A stretch of DNA of 64,000 bases, from positions 51,212,001 through 51,276,000 of the forward strand of contig JAGIQG010000010.1 of assembly GCA_024679065.1 (NCBI GenBank). Reading direction: 5' to 3'. A model generated the notes under the pieces. The model was not told where the DNA came from, did not search any database, and saw only the letters and a list, made by a program, of their open reading frames with translations. The position numbers were made by a program, and so were the translations under genes. Positions 40,304 to 52,284 of the stretch are shown piece by piece. The stretch comes from Sphyrna mokarran (lineage: Eukaryota). The first letter of the stretch is position 1; each line of letters begins with the position of its first letter.

Positions 40304-40766
40304 TGTTAGTCTGGATTGGCAGTGATTTATAAGGAAACTCATGGGAACATTTATTTGAACTTTGGGCTAACTTCTGAGGTTGCTAGGCAACACAGGAAGT
40401 GAGGTCGGCCAAGACAGGAGTTATCTTCTGTATTATACAAACTAATAAAATGCCATTATGCCAGAGGGTAAGATGTGACTGGCTAAGGTATATGACATGT
40501 TATTATTGATTTATGTATATTGAAGATGATTGATTTAAAGTTAATGAAAGGCAGGAGTAGTTGATAAGAAAACCTAAAATTGATCTGTTTTGAAATTGTA
40601 TATAAAAGAATTCATTGGAGAAATCTAACTGTTCCATTTTGGGCGCTGCTCTGATCCTTTGATGATTTCTCCTGGTGGCCACTGGTCAAAGTAGAGGTTA
40701 TGTTTTAAACTGGACACTGGTTTCATGAGTCAGTGATACCCGACCATCTTGGAAATCCCACTAACG
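40304..40766 (+). mobile_element. Possible solo LTR
   Basis: Ends TGTTAGT...ACTAAC(G) are inverted, with an internal TATATAAAAG at ~40599. No clear TSD. Confidence 0.3.
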
Positions 40767-42884
40767 GTAACATTTATTTTTTTTTACAAAATATGAAGAA
40801 ATAGAGTCACAGGATTGCTAATTAGTTCTAATAACAAAGGGGGAAAAACAGAAAAGTTAGATGATAATATAGTAATCCTTTACTCTCCTCTTAACCTTAA
40901 AATCCATGTATATTTATTAAGCTAACACAGATTACTAAATATATTTAAAGCCAGAATGATCTCAGTAACACAAAGTCCTTTACATACATAGGCTTCTGTG
41001 TTAAAACATGCATTCCGCTCTGAACCCAAGTTAGTATTTGCGGATTTCTCTTCAGAATACCCCTCAGTTGATTGTCAGATGAGAGTTTTCAAACTTCATT
41101 CAGAAAAAAAAACAGTTTAAAATCTTCTTCCAGAACAATGCTTTGGATCAGAGATTTGCATTCGAAAATCCAGTCCAGGATTTCCAAATAATTCTGTCAA
41201 ACAAAGTTTCCGCTCCACTTTAACACTGAATCCTTTAGGATTTCTCTGTCTTGATTGCTGCACAAAGCATTTACAACTGTTTTAACTCTCAGTTGCCAGG
41301 CTCTATTAAACTGGAATCAAACTTTTAATCTGAAGTCTGCTTTCCCGTTTTAATTCAGGTAACCGTAACTGTCTCCTTAATTTAAAAAGCTTCGTTTATT
41401 TTTCCCTTGAATTCACTTGAACAACACTTTGGTCTGTGTTCTCTTTACTTCAATCTTCTTAATATATTCGTTTTATTCCAATTCCCTTGTTATCTGGATT
41501 TTATCTGGTTTCTTTGGAAGTCTGCCTCTTTTCCGCCCTTGTCCTGTCTAGCGTCTTCTGGTGAAGTTGTGAAATGTTCACTCTCTGATGTCCTATCTTC
41601 TACTGAAATATATACAGCTAAAATTATATTTAAAGGAACCTTTCTATGATAACGCTCTCTGAGCACAATTGAAACCAACACCCACACATACAAATACCTT
41701 TGTCTGACATGAAACTAACTGTAAGTTTTACCCTTCCGGGCACAAAACATCAAATTAAACCAATTAAAATTATACCTTTTCTCTAATGTTTACCAATACA
41801 AATATAAATCCCTTAAAACTAACTTTATTTTCCGAAAACATCCAAATTAAGTTCCAAGTGGGAAGGCCCACAGTCAACCTTGCAGCCTGTCACAAACTGA
41901 GACCTTTAACTTGTCAGTTAAGAAACTTAAGGGCCTCAACCCACTACTGCTAGGGGTTAACATTGCTACTGTTATGTCTGTTGTTATGTGGCATGAGTGA
42001 CAGCTACTACCCTGCAGGCAGCTCATCACTCTGGAGGGTGCGGAGGGGTACCTTCAATCAAACACAGTCAGTGCCTCCACAAAGGACATGAGGAAGAGGG
42101 CACCACTGAAATCTAATCATTTGTCCTAGCTTCTGACTTCCTGCACTCCTCTCCTGTGGCTGTCAGTACAAGAACCCTTCCCCCTCCCCACCACTCCAAC
42201 CTTAATATCGCTCACCTTTGTCCTGAGTCACTCCATGATCCTGGAATGTCAGGGGTGTTCTTCTAGCGACAGATATAGCCTCCTCCATAGTACCATTCAG
42301 CACAAGAGCTGCCAGGAACTGATAGGCTGGCAACACTCACTAGGTGAGACTTCAGCCCTGTGACCTGAATCCAGGGGACATCTACCATTGGCCTCACTCC
42401 TGCTATTAACATTTGGTTCAGTGGCCATTTTGGGCCTTTTCCAGAAAAGACAGCATGGTTTTTTTTGCCAGCCCTCCAGCTGGCAGGTGAAATCTCAGAT
42501 GCCTCAACAAGATTCATCTTCCTTTCTCCAAAGGATAGTCTGTAAGTAAGAAGTAGGAGTGGGCCAGGAATTGATGCCACGGATTCTAGAGATAATGGCA
42601 TGAAATTGGGAAGAGAAGCCATTACAAGGAATTATCTGGTCACAACAGGATAGATACGAATGTGGCCAGACAAGGGGAGTTGTATTCAGCTAAATGATGG
42701 AGGAGAGATGGTAGAGAAAGGTGTGGTCAACCACGTTAAAAACCGCAAACTGTTCCAAGGTAGATGAGAATGGATAATGTACCATCACCACAGTCACATT
42801 GTCAGTTGTGACTTTGATAAGAGCTAGTTCAGTGCTGCAGTAGAGAAGCTATATGTTGGAATTGTAGGTATAATGAATATGGAT

Positions 42885-43182
42885 TTATTTATTTATTACT
42901 GTCACAGGTAGGCTTACATTAACACTGCAATGAAGTTATTGTGAAAATCCACAAGTTGCCACTTTCCAGTGCCTGTTTGGATACGCTGAGGGAGAATTCA
43001 GTATGGCCAATGCATCTAACCAGCATGTCTTTTGGAGTGTGCAAAGAAACCAGAGTACCTGGAGGAAATCCTCGCAGACATGGGGAGAATGTGCAAACTC
43101 CACAAAGACAGAGACTCAAGCTGGGAATTGAACATGTGTCCTGGTGCTATGAGGTGGTAGTACTAAATGTTGTGCCACCATT
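42885..43182 (-). mobile_element. HE1/V-SINE-type SINE
   Basis: Central GTGGAGTTTGCACATTCTCCCCATGTCTGCGAGG..TTTCCTCCAGGT domain. Confidence 0.85.
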
Positions 43183-44774
43183 GGTTTGAGAGTGACATCA
43201 CATTCAGGAATTTTGGAGAGGAAACAACAGTTGGAGTTGGGGCTTGATCCCAATTAACGGTGCTATATAATGCATTATCAGTGCATATTATATACACTGA
43301 TATGAAACAGAAGGGACAGAATTTTGTGACTTCTGCCCTGTACCAAAGGATTTTTAAAAATGTTTCAATGCATTTCAAAATCAATTGGTTAAAAATAGCT
43401 TTCTGAGTCAGCTAGGTTTGTCAAATGGCTACAGACTCACAATACTGAAATACAATTTATTTTGCCTTTATAATGTAATAGTTCGAACAACGTTTTACCA
43501 ATAACATCATAATGTTTTGCTGCATTACTGACCTTCAGAGTTATCGAAAATGGCCTTTATATACCTTGTATTTCTGTTGCTGTATAGCAATTGTGGATAT
43601 TCTGGCTGACCAGGTTATCTTATTGAGCTCTACATGTTCCTCAATACTACGCTGACCTATCTTCAATACCATTCAACCCTAAATTGGTCTCACCTGTCCA
43701 GTCTGCCAGATTCAGACTTTGCATGCCAGGATAGAAAAATCCCTAAGTTGCTGAGAATAAGAAATAATGGCAACCCTCACCTCGCTTGATCCGTCTGTCG
43801 AAGCAGTTTGTTGGGATACAGCTGCTGTCACATGCGAACAACTATTTAGAACTATAGGTGACTGCCGGGTGATAACGAGGACCAAATACAGAAAGAGTCA
43901 AAGCATGTGGCACACCCACCTGGGAGAGGTGCTACCCCTTCCTTCCACCACAAAATAGGACCAGAATGGGTCAAATTGAGCAAGTGAGGTTGGCAAAGTG
44001 CAACTCTCCTTCACTGTAATGCAATTCATGCACAAGTCATGTTTGTCATCTTTCTATCATCTGCTATTCACTAGCTTCTTCTCATTGATCCCATGGAAAT
44101 GAGCAATATAACAGCAGGTGTGGATTCACTGGGAACAATATCTGCAAAGCTGCACACAGCTAGCTGACACCATTAAAACTGGAACTAGGCTGCCTCTTTT
44201 CATGAATATATTGCTTACCGCTCTAGTATGATGTAGGAACCAGGAAAAGTGCCTTAAACATTGATTTCCACACCTGGCAGGAATCTCATGAACATGGTGA
44301 TAAATCAATCTCAATAAACAGAGTAAAGGTGACACTAGTTACCTTTGTGTACTCTGTTTGTAGACAATGCCATAGCAGACAGACTTAAGTGAAGAACTGC
44401 TCATCATTAGAAAACTAACCATGCACAAAGTCCAGATTGCTGGCTTCAGACTTGTCTACTTCAGGAGGGTCAGTTAAAGGAAATCAATGCAGGTTACACA
44501 CTCATTTGGAGTGGCCATGGAAAAGAGAAACAGGGCAAGGAAGCTGCAGGCTTAGCTGTCATGTACCACTTTGTCACTAAGTAGATTTGCTATCCCAATG
44601 GTGTTAATGATCATTTGATAGTACTCAAAGCTCCCCTGCATGACAATAGTAAGAAATTGTTGCATTGTTAACCTGTATCTGGAAGCACATCCCATGTAGT
44701 GGTGTAGCTCAGGTGAGTGCAGTGGGAGCAATCACTCCTCCTAAGCACATTTTTTCAGAAGTGGCACCTTTTAT

Positions 44775-44929
44775 ACTCACTAACTCCTGCCCACATACAA
44801 CCTCCTGACTGACAACTTGATAAACCAATCTGAAACACAGCCCCTCACTCATTAACTCCTGTCCACACATAACCTCCTGACTGACAGCTTGATGAACCAA
44901 TCTGGAGCATGACTCCTCACCTACTAACT
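44775..44929. repeat. 72-bp tandem repeat, about 2.1 copies, each with a CCAAT box
   Basis: Units start at 44775 and 44847 (ACTCA.TAACTCCTG.CCACA...AACCTCCTGACTGACA.CTTGAT.AACCAATCTG). Confidence 0.85.
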
Positions 44930-45349
44930 AACAAGTTTACAGAGAGGCTGGAACCTGTATTGGGAATTTACATAACCTAGGAACTGAATGATAGAAACAC
45001 TCATGTAAAGTGCAGTGAAGTGAGTGGATAAACACACCAGTACTTGCTTGTTAATCACACTGCATCTTTTAAATCTATCATAAAGTTGAGCCTGAAGTTA
45101 TGAAGTTGAAATGTCCCCTTTCTCTGTTGAAATTAACTATCTCATAGCACTCCTGAGATTAGTGTCAGAGAGAAATATTCGTTGTCCTTCCTACTGTCTG
45201 CAAGTGTCTACACGAGGGGATTTTGAATGCCTTTTGAACTTTGTGCACGGAATTCATTAATTGCAGCCTACCTGTGATTATTAATTTTTTTTAAAGTGTT
45301 TATTTTGTGGTTATTGATTGTGGTTTATGGAGAAGACCCACACCTAACC

Positions 45350-46000
45350 TCATAGAACATAGAACATAGAACATTACAGCACAGAACAGGCCCTTCGGCC
45401 TTCGATGTTGTGCCGACCAAAATAAAAAGCAATGCCCCTCCAAACTAAACCATTCCCTTCTCTTCCATATACTTATCAACTAACCTCTTAAACGCACCAA
45501 ACTTGGCGCATCTACAACAGCTGCAGGCAGGGCATTCCACTCCCTAATCACTCTTTGAGTAAAGAACCTACCTCTGATATCCGTCCTATAACTCATACCC
45601 CTTAATTTAAAGCTGTGTCCCCTCGTGCTAGCTTTCTCCATCCTAGGAAAAAGGGCTATCACTGTCCACCCTATCTAAACCTCTAATCATCTTATATGCT
45701 TCAATAAGATCCCCTCTTAGCCGCCTCCTTTCTAACGAAAAAAACCTCAAATCCTTCAACCTCTCTTCATAGGACCTGCCCTCCATACCAGGCAACATCC
45801 TGGTAAACCTCATCTGTACCCTCTCCAATGCCTCCACATCTTTCTTATAATGTGGGGACCAGAACTGCACACAATACTCCAAGTGCGGCCGCACTAGAGT
45901 TTTGTACAGTTGCAACATGATGCTGCGCCTCCTAAATTCAATCCCCCTACCAATAAAAGCTAAGACTCCATATGCCTTCTTAACAACTTTATCCACTTGA
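45350..46000 (-). mobile_element. Young CR1 3' fragment with (TGTTCTA)n tail
   Basis: ORFs 45643..46104 and 45480..45662 encode the CR1 ORF2 C-terminus; CATAGAA repeats at 45351-45372. Confidence 0.9.
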
Positions 46001-46625
46001 CTGCCTAAAAGAGGTTTATCGACTCCTGTCTGATAGCTCGATAAACCAATTCTGCGACGATATGTCACTCCCCCGGCTCCGCCCATTTGGTACAAGGACC
46101 TCACTTAGTGCTGACTGACGGCTGAATTCACCAATAACAGCACGGCGCATCCACAGGCTCTGCCAATCCAGACACGGCTCCTCAGCCCTACTCTATAAGT
46201 GGGATGGCCAGGTCTGCGGATGACCATTGGGATTCAACAGCAGTCATTTTTCAGAAGCGGTGTCTTTTCAAAAATAGATTTTTTTTTAAATGAAAAAAAT
46301 AAATTACTGAGAAAAGAACGGTTGTTTTGCGTGCGACGTGATGACACCAGACTGTGATGATGTTAGCGCGGGGCAGAGCCTGGACAGGGTGGGCAGGGAT
46401 TGATGGAATAGTAAAGAGAGGGTGGTCATTCATTTTTTATTTCATGGCGCCTTTTTTATGTGCTCACTCCCTCTAACCTTCAAACTGGCTACACCACTGA
46501 TCGCACATGCTTGCCAGTGATGTCAGATAACAACCCTGAGACACGAGTTTTAGTTTAAACAATCACAATGCTGTATTGCACTAAAAGCTAATGAAAGACT
46601 GTAATTACATAAACTAAAACTATTT

Positions 46626-46655
46626 GTATGTGTATGTGTGTGTGTGTGTATATAT
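46626..46655. repeat. (TG)n/(TA)n microsatellite
   Basis: Directly visible. Confidence 0.8.
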
Positions 46656-46934
46656 CTATGACATTACCCGTCTATCCTCAAGTTGATCAGACCTGGTGCA
46701 AGTGTATTCCTTCAGGCAATCTCAACTTCAGGCCATCTTCTGGAGAGTTGGTTCCAGTCTCTCTCTTTCTCTTTCTGTGGGTTCTCCTGCCTTGAACAAT
46801 CATAATACTTCTTTAATCCTCCTTTCTTCCCACCACTGGTATTCAACTTATCAGTCATATGGTACTGTCAAATGATTTATTTCCTAGGCCCATCCTACAA
46901 GATGGCCCATAGTTGGCACCTGTTATCTCATGTT

Positions 46935-47245
46935 CTCATAGAATCTCTACAATGCAGAAGGAGGCCATTCAGCCCATCGAGCCTGCAGTGACAACAATTC
47001 CACCCAGGCCCTATCCTTGTAACCCCACGTATTTATTCTGCTAACCTCCTTGAGAGTAAAGGTCAATTTCATTTGGCCAATTCACTTAACCCACACATCT
47101 TTGGATTATGGGAGGAAACTGGAATATCGAGAGGAAACCCATGCAGACAGGGAGAATGTGCAAACGCCACACTGACAGAGGCTGGAATTGAACTCAGGTC
47201 CCTGGTGTTGTGAGGCAGCAGTTTTAACCACTGTGCCATCATGCC
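46935..47245 (-). mobile_element. HE1/V-SINE-type SINE
   Basis: Full head, central domain and GGGCTGAATGGCCTCCTTCTGCATTGTAG tail. Confidence 0.85.
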
Positions 47246-48864
47246 ATTTAGGAAAATTTATTTTAAAAATTTTATATAAACAGAAATGAAACATAAACCA
47301 GGCAGTATTTTACATCTTATTAAAGCCTTTGCTTCCCACTTCAATCGTGGATCATAGTGCAGACTGGGACTCGTAAGGTGGTTTTCTCTTGCTCGCAGTT
47401 TCACACCATTGTGAGGCAGTCCTTTGTGATCACCACCTCTGCTGTGACAAGGGTCTTTGGATCACTCCATAAATACAGCTTTCACTGCATGTGTCACCCA
47501 AATGTGATGTGGTTAAACTATCCCTGGCCCCTCCATGGCTGATGTAACATTGTATGTGATGTGATTAAATTAGTCCTGGGCATCAAATGTTATGTTTCAA
47601 ACAGAATCCACACAGCTTCTTGATAATATAATTAAGATCAGGAATTATTGAATTATAGAATGGTTACAGAGCAGAAGGAGGCCTTTCGGTCTATTTTGTC
47701 AGCTCTTTGCAACAGCAATTCACCTAATGTCTCCTACCTCACGTTTTCTTCACAGCGCTGAACTTTTTCTCTTCTCCAATTCCCTTTTGAAATCTATGAT
47801 TGAGTCTGCCTGTACTACACACTCAGGCATTGCATTCAAGATCCTAATTGCTCATGTCACCATTGCATCCTTTCCCAATCACCTTAAATTGATGTGCCAT
47901 ATTTCTTAATCCTTCTCTACCTATTCTGTCCAGATTCTTCATGATGTTGAATACCTCTGTCAAATCTCCATTTGATCATTTGCAATTTCACAAAGTTATG
48001 CTCAGGCTTGGTGGTTTTAAATGATGCTTTTACATCATAGACGAAAGAGCTTGTGAACAGTTCAGAGATACTTTCCATATCTCCCATTCTCAAGCACTTA
48101 TAGGCCACAAATGGCCTTAGTGATTAAGGCCACATCCGTAAGAGGCAAAGTTTTTAGCTCAAATTGTCACCATGCTGTGTTTTAATTCTCAAAGATGCAA
48201 GAAGTGCACATTCCCATTCACCCTTACTTTTAGCTCTTGACTTCGGGATTTTATGAAGGACAAACTTACATGGACACAAGGCTCTAGGCTTAACCACAAA
48301 TGTGTTCATTCATAAAAATATTCCTAATTTTCTAATACAAGAATTCTAAAATAGTGTAATGATGCTGTACAATGCTCAAAACCATGACTTATTAATAAAA
48401 ACCTCTACTGAAAAAAACCACAGGCAAAACCCCATGTTTCTGCCTCAGAGCTCATTCGGTTCAACTTTAGTTGCTACCCTTAAACTATCCTTAACCCTCA
48501 GCCCCAACATCTCTCAGATCTGACTGATATTTACAGCTTCCCCTCATGGTTGTCCATTCTGGCATGAGCTGCCGATCAACAAATCAGGTTCACCATTCCT
48601 GACTCTCCTTGGTGACTGCAGTCCTTCAGGCCACTATCACCACCGTATGACTGAAAACACTTAGGATCCCCAACATGTTCGGTCTTGTCTGGTGTTGAAA
48701 GTAGGTCTGAGTCAGGATGACCAGCCCTGATCCTCCTTCCAACTGCAGTGCAAGACACTGTGGCTTGACCTTTTTTGATGTAGAGATGCCGGCGTTGGAC
48801 TTGGGCAAACTTAGTAAAGTTTGACAACACCAATTTTAAATCCAACCGATGTATTTGATAGTAA

Positions 48865-48905
48865 ATCCACGAGCATTCGGCCTTTGTGGCCTTCGTCAGG
48901 CGAAT
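48865..48905 (-). ncRNA. Hammerhead motif copy in the inverted pLTR arm, core mutated (GAAA->GAAT)
   Basis: Reverse complement is identical to 49498-49538 except at position 48875. Confidence 0.6.
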
Positions 48906-49497
48906 GAGGTGTTCTGGTCTCCAAAAGCACACATATCAGCACAGACAGTTTACAGATTGCAGATTAGAATGCGAATCCTTACACCTAACCTGCTATTCAA
49001 GTCTTAAAGTGGCTAATAGCAGAGGTTAGAGAAATGTGTATTGTCTCCAGACAGCACAGTAAGTGAGGTTTTTTGCTAACCCAGGCAAGTCATGGGAGTT
49101 ACAGATAGTGTGACATGAAGCCAAGATCCCTGTTAAGACTGTCCTCATGTGTGTGGAACTTGGCTATCAGTCTCTGCTCAGCGACTCTGCACTGTCGTGT
49201 CTCGTGAAGGCCCAAGTTCTACTTGGGCTTTTGTGATAGCCAAGTTCCACACACATGAGGACGATCTTAACTGGGATCTTGGCTTCATGTCACACTATCT
49301 GTAACTCCCATGACTTGCCTGGGTTAGCAAAAAACCTCACTTACTGTGCTGTCTGGAGACAATACACATTTCTCTAACCTCTGCTGGTAGCCATTTTAAG
49401 ACTTGAATAACAGGTTAGGTGTAAGGATTCGCATTCTGATCTGCAATCTGTAAACTGTCTGTGCTGATATGTGTGCTTTTGGAGACCAGAACACCTC

Positions 49498-49538
49498 ATT
49501 CGCCTGACGAAGGCCACAAAGGCCGAAAGCTCGTGGAT
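49498..49538 (+). ncRNA. Minimal type-I hammerhead ribozyme motif in a Penelope pLTR (intact core)
   Basis: ATTCGC-CTGACGA-A-GGCC-ACAAA-GGCC-GAAA-GC-TC-GTGGAT: both core boxes are present, stem II is 4 bp, stem III is the palindromic AGCT, the CUC cleavage triplet ends at 49532, and stem I is 6 bp with two G.U pairs. Confidence 0.75.
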
Positions 49539-49709
49539 TTACTATCAAATACATCGGTTGGATTTAAAATCGTTGTTGTCAAACTTTACTGAGTTGACCT
49601 TTTTTAGCAGAAAACATTAGCAAAATTATCAAAGCATATTTCCTGAAGGCACACTGTTTAGATGGTCAGTGCTTAGAACGTTTTTAATTTTTTAGCTTGG
49701 GTCCTGCTC

Positions 49710-49810
49710 CCACTTACCTGACAAAGAGGCAAATCCTAAAGCTAGTGGCATTTATTACCAAATAAACCTGTTAGACTTTAACCTGGTGTTGTGAAACCAC
49801 TTACTGTGTC
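49710..49810 (+). mobile_element. Degenerate solo Penelope pLTR fragment with a decayed hammerhead
   Basis: CTGACAA...TAAAGCTAGTGG...CCAAATAAACCTGTTAGACTTTAACCTGGTGTTGTGA aligns to 36266-36360; both core boxes are mutated. Confidence 0.7.
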
Positions 49811-50829
49811 CTGCTTTAGCCCAGACAAACCCATTCATTGAAATATTGTTTGCATGACTGAAGCAATAGGTCCCATTCAGGTGTGATGTTCCAGGCTCTC
49901 AAATTGAAATACACATGATTAGCTGTTGTAGATGTTGTTTATATTGACTGCTGTCTAAAGACATCTGTTACAATGGTCACCTAGTTGGAATATCTGATGG
50001 CCACTGTTTGTGTCTTTGAAATGATAATGTCCCTGTATCCTTACATGGTATTGACTTGGTTTTGGTATTAACATGCTTTGAAACATGAACTCCTAACAAT
50101 ATAGCCTGCCTGTGTGTTTGAGGTTTAGCTATTTACTTGCAGTGTCTGTGAAGTTTTTGAGGTTTTATATTTAGTAAAACCCCACTTATAGGAGACTCCG
50201 ATCCTACAGAGCTGCTGAATTTCATGCTTCACCACTAGTCTTCATGCAAATCTAATCAACATCCAATTATATCCATAATGTCAATTGTTTCCAAACTTTA
50301 GCTTCATTAAGAGATTTTAATGACTCTAAAGGACTTTTAATGCAACCAACATGAGTGAACAGACTAGAATCACCATGAATGTCTTAAAATTCCAAATCAC
50401 GTAAATATTTCCAATTGGCAATTCATGCATATGTAAATTTTATATCAGGAATTAAAAATTCCCACATAATTTATCATAATAACCAGAATGCTTTTGTGAT
50501 CACCTATATAATTTTAGTTTGATAAACCTAGCAGGTTAAGTTCACGTTCGTAATTCAATTTAATCGAAACCAATTCTTGTTAACCAAACACAGGACATAA
50601 TAGCATGTTTTAAATAAGCAAAAACAAATTACATTTTTTAAATTTTCCTTTTCCAGTGCCTTATGGAATGATTGATAAAACTGAAGTCAAAGTCAACTTT
50701 CACAGTTAACCAAAAACCTTCAATATTCTTAGACTAAAGATTAAAGAGGACAGAGGTTATCACACCTTGTGTTTCAGTTCTGAAACATTTACACTACTTT
50801 AAAACAGACTCAAATTCACTCTAAGCATT

Positions 50830-51177
50830 ATAGAAGAATCATAGAAACACTACAGTGCAGAAGGAGGCCATTCGGCCCATTGGGTCTCAACTGACTCTCT
50901 TACTACTGAGGCCTTATTCCCATAATTCCACATACATAGCCTGCTAATCTCCCTAACCTACACATTTTGGGACATTAAGGGGCAATTTACTCTGGCCAAT
51001 CATCTAACTGGCACATCTTGGACTGTGGAGGAAACCAGAGCACCCGGAGGGAACTCACGCAGATACGTGGAGAATACGCAAACACACAAACTCCACACAG
51101 TCACGCAAGGTCGGAATTGAACCCAGGTGCTTGGTGATGTAGGCAGCAGTGCTAGCACTATGCCATCATGCTGCCCA
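50830..51177 (-). mobile_element. HE1/V-SINE-type SINE
   Basis: Head, CTCCGGGTGCTCTGGTTTCCTCC central domain and GGGCCGAATGGCCTCCTTCTGCACTGTAG tail. Confidence 0.85.
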
Positions 51178-52284
51178 CTGTGTTGTCCATCTTGCATGAT
51201 AAAAGAAGCTTGTGTATACATACATGGAAAGGAATACTAACACCTTTGAGCTGAATTTTCCAAAAAAATTATTGAAAACACAGCCAGCATTTTTCACCAG
51301 ATAATCTGACACTCTTGTCAAAACAAATTGGGGCATATGGTTTGTGTCAACATTCTGGGGGAAATGCTAGGGGACACTGCCAGCATTCCAGAGGGCAATG
51401 CCTAGCCTTGACACTCAACCCTCAGGGTTTCCAGGCACCTCCACATCCCTGGCACGGTCAGCTCAACTGGTTCTCATTTCTGAAAACCAGTAGTGAATTG
51501 CGTTGGCATGACGTCACACTACCAGGAGGAGAAATTCACGCCGCTAGACGTCACGGCATAAAGCATTGTAACGATGGTTAAATCAAGTTAAATTCAAGCA
51601 AATCAGGCTCATGCCCAGGATTATATTGCCAACAGGTGGGGCGGGGGAGTGGTTGAGATATCTCAAACTGAGATCTTGCTGGCGCAAATCCCTTTATAGC
51701 AGATTTTGTGGCTGTAATGGGATTTGCATCTATAGCGAATGGGCCACTAAATCTCACACCTTGTCCTGACAAACAATATACATATGGAACAAACAGCAAA
51801 CTTAAAACAGTTTTCAACACAGAACTACAAAGATTGAAACAGCTTGTAACTTCTATGCACAGAAGCAGTGAAACTGAAGTGCACACTCACACAAATTGCA
51901 AGGAAGGACAATCATTCAAATGCAAATCAGGAAGTTACTAATCACACACAAACTAATCGTCTTTTCCTTCCATATATGCATTTTAACCTTTGCTGTGGCT
52001 ACGTGTCTTTAATTTTCTTCTTTCTAACATGCATCTGGTTGATATTAACCAGATGATTGCTGCTTTCAAATTTTCATTACCTTTCTCATCCTTTTGCTTC
52101 TTGTTAAGCCTACCCTGTATTAATGTAACTGTCCTTTCATGTAGCATTCTATCTTCTCTTGTGAAATAGCCAGCTACTAAATTATGGAAATCTAACTCCT
52201 GGATTTCTCTTCAAATATTTTACCTCCCTTTGGTATTATCAATCTCCTGTTCCTGCTGTCTAATGACCTTGCCATCTCTTTCAG

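Larger units (their letters stand above)
48777..49593. mobile_element. 5'-truncated Penelope-like element with inverted pseudo-LTRs
   Basis: Arms 48808-49169 and 49234-49595 are about 97% reverse-complementary. Minus-strand 49099-49212 encodes the GIY-YIG C-terminus GLHETRQCRVAEQRLIAKFHTHEDSLNRDLGFMSHYL*. Flanked by a 12-bp direct repeat TTGACCTTTTTT (48765-48776 / 49594-49605). Confidence 0.85.

Noticed and set aside
43783-44015. Exon-like segment with donor GAG|GTGAGG on minus
   Set aside because: Candidate frames are short or hit a stop and resemble nothing I know.
49710-49750. Fourth hammerhead motif
   Set aside because: Both core boxes are mutated (CTGACAA, TAAA) and stem II is disrupted; treated as decayed.
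51505-51560. Two CRE-like GACGTCA motifs
   Set aside because: They lie inside what appears to be a non-autonomous DNA transposon remnant, far from any supported TSS.
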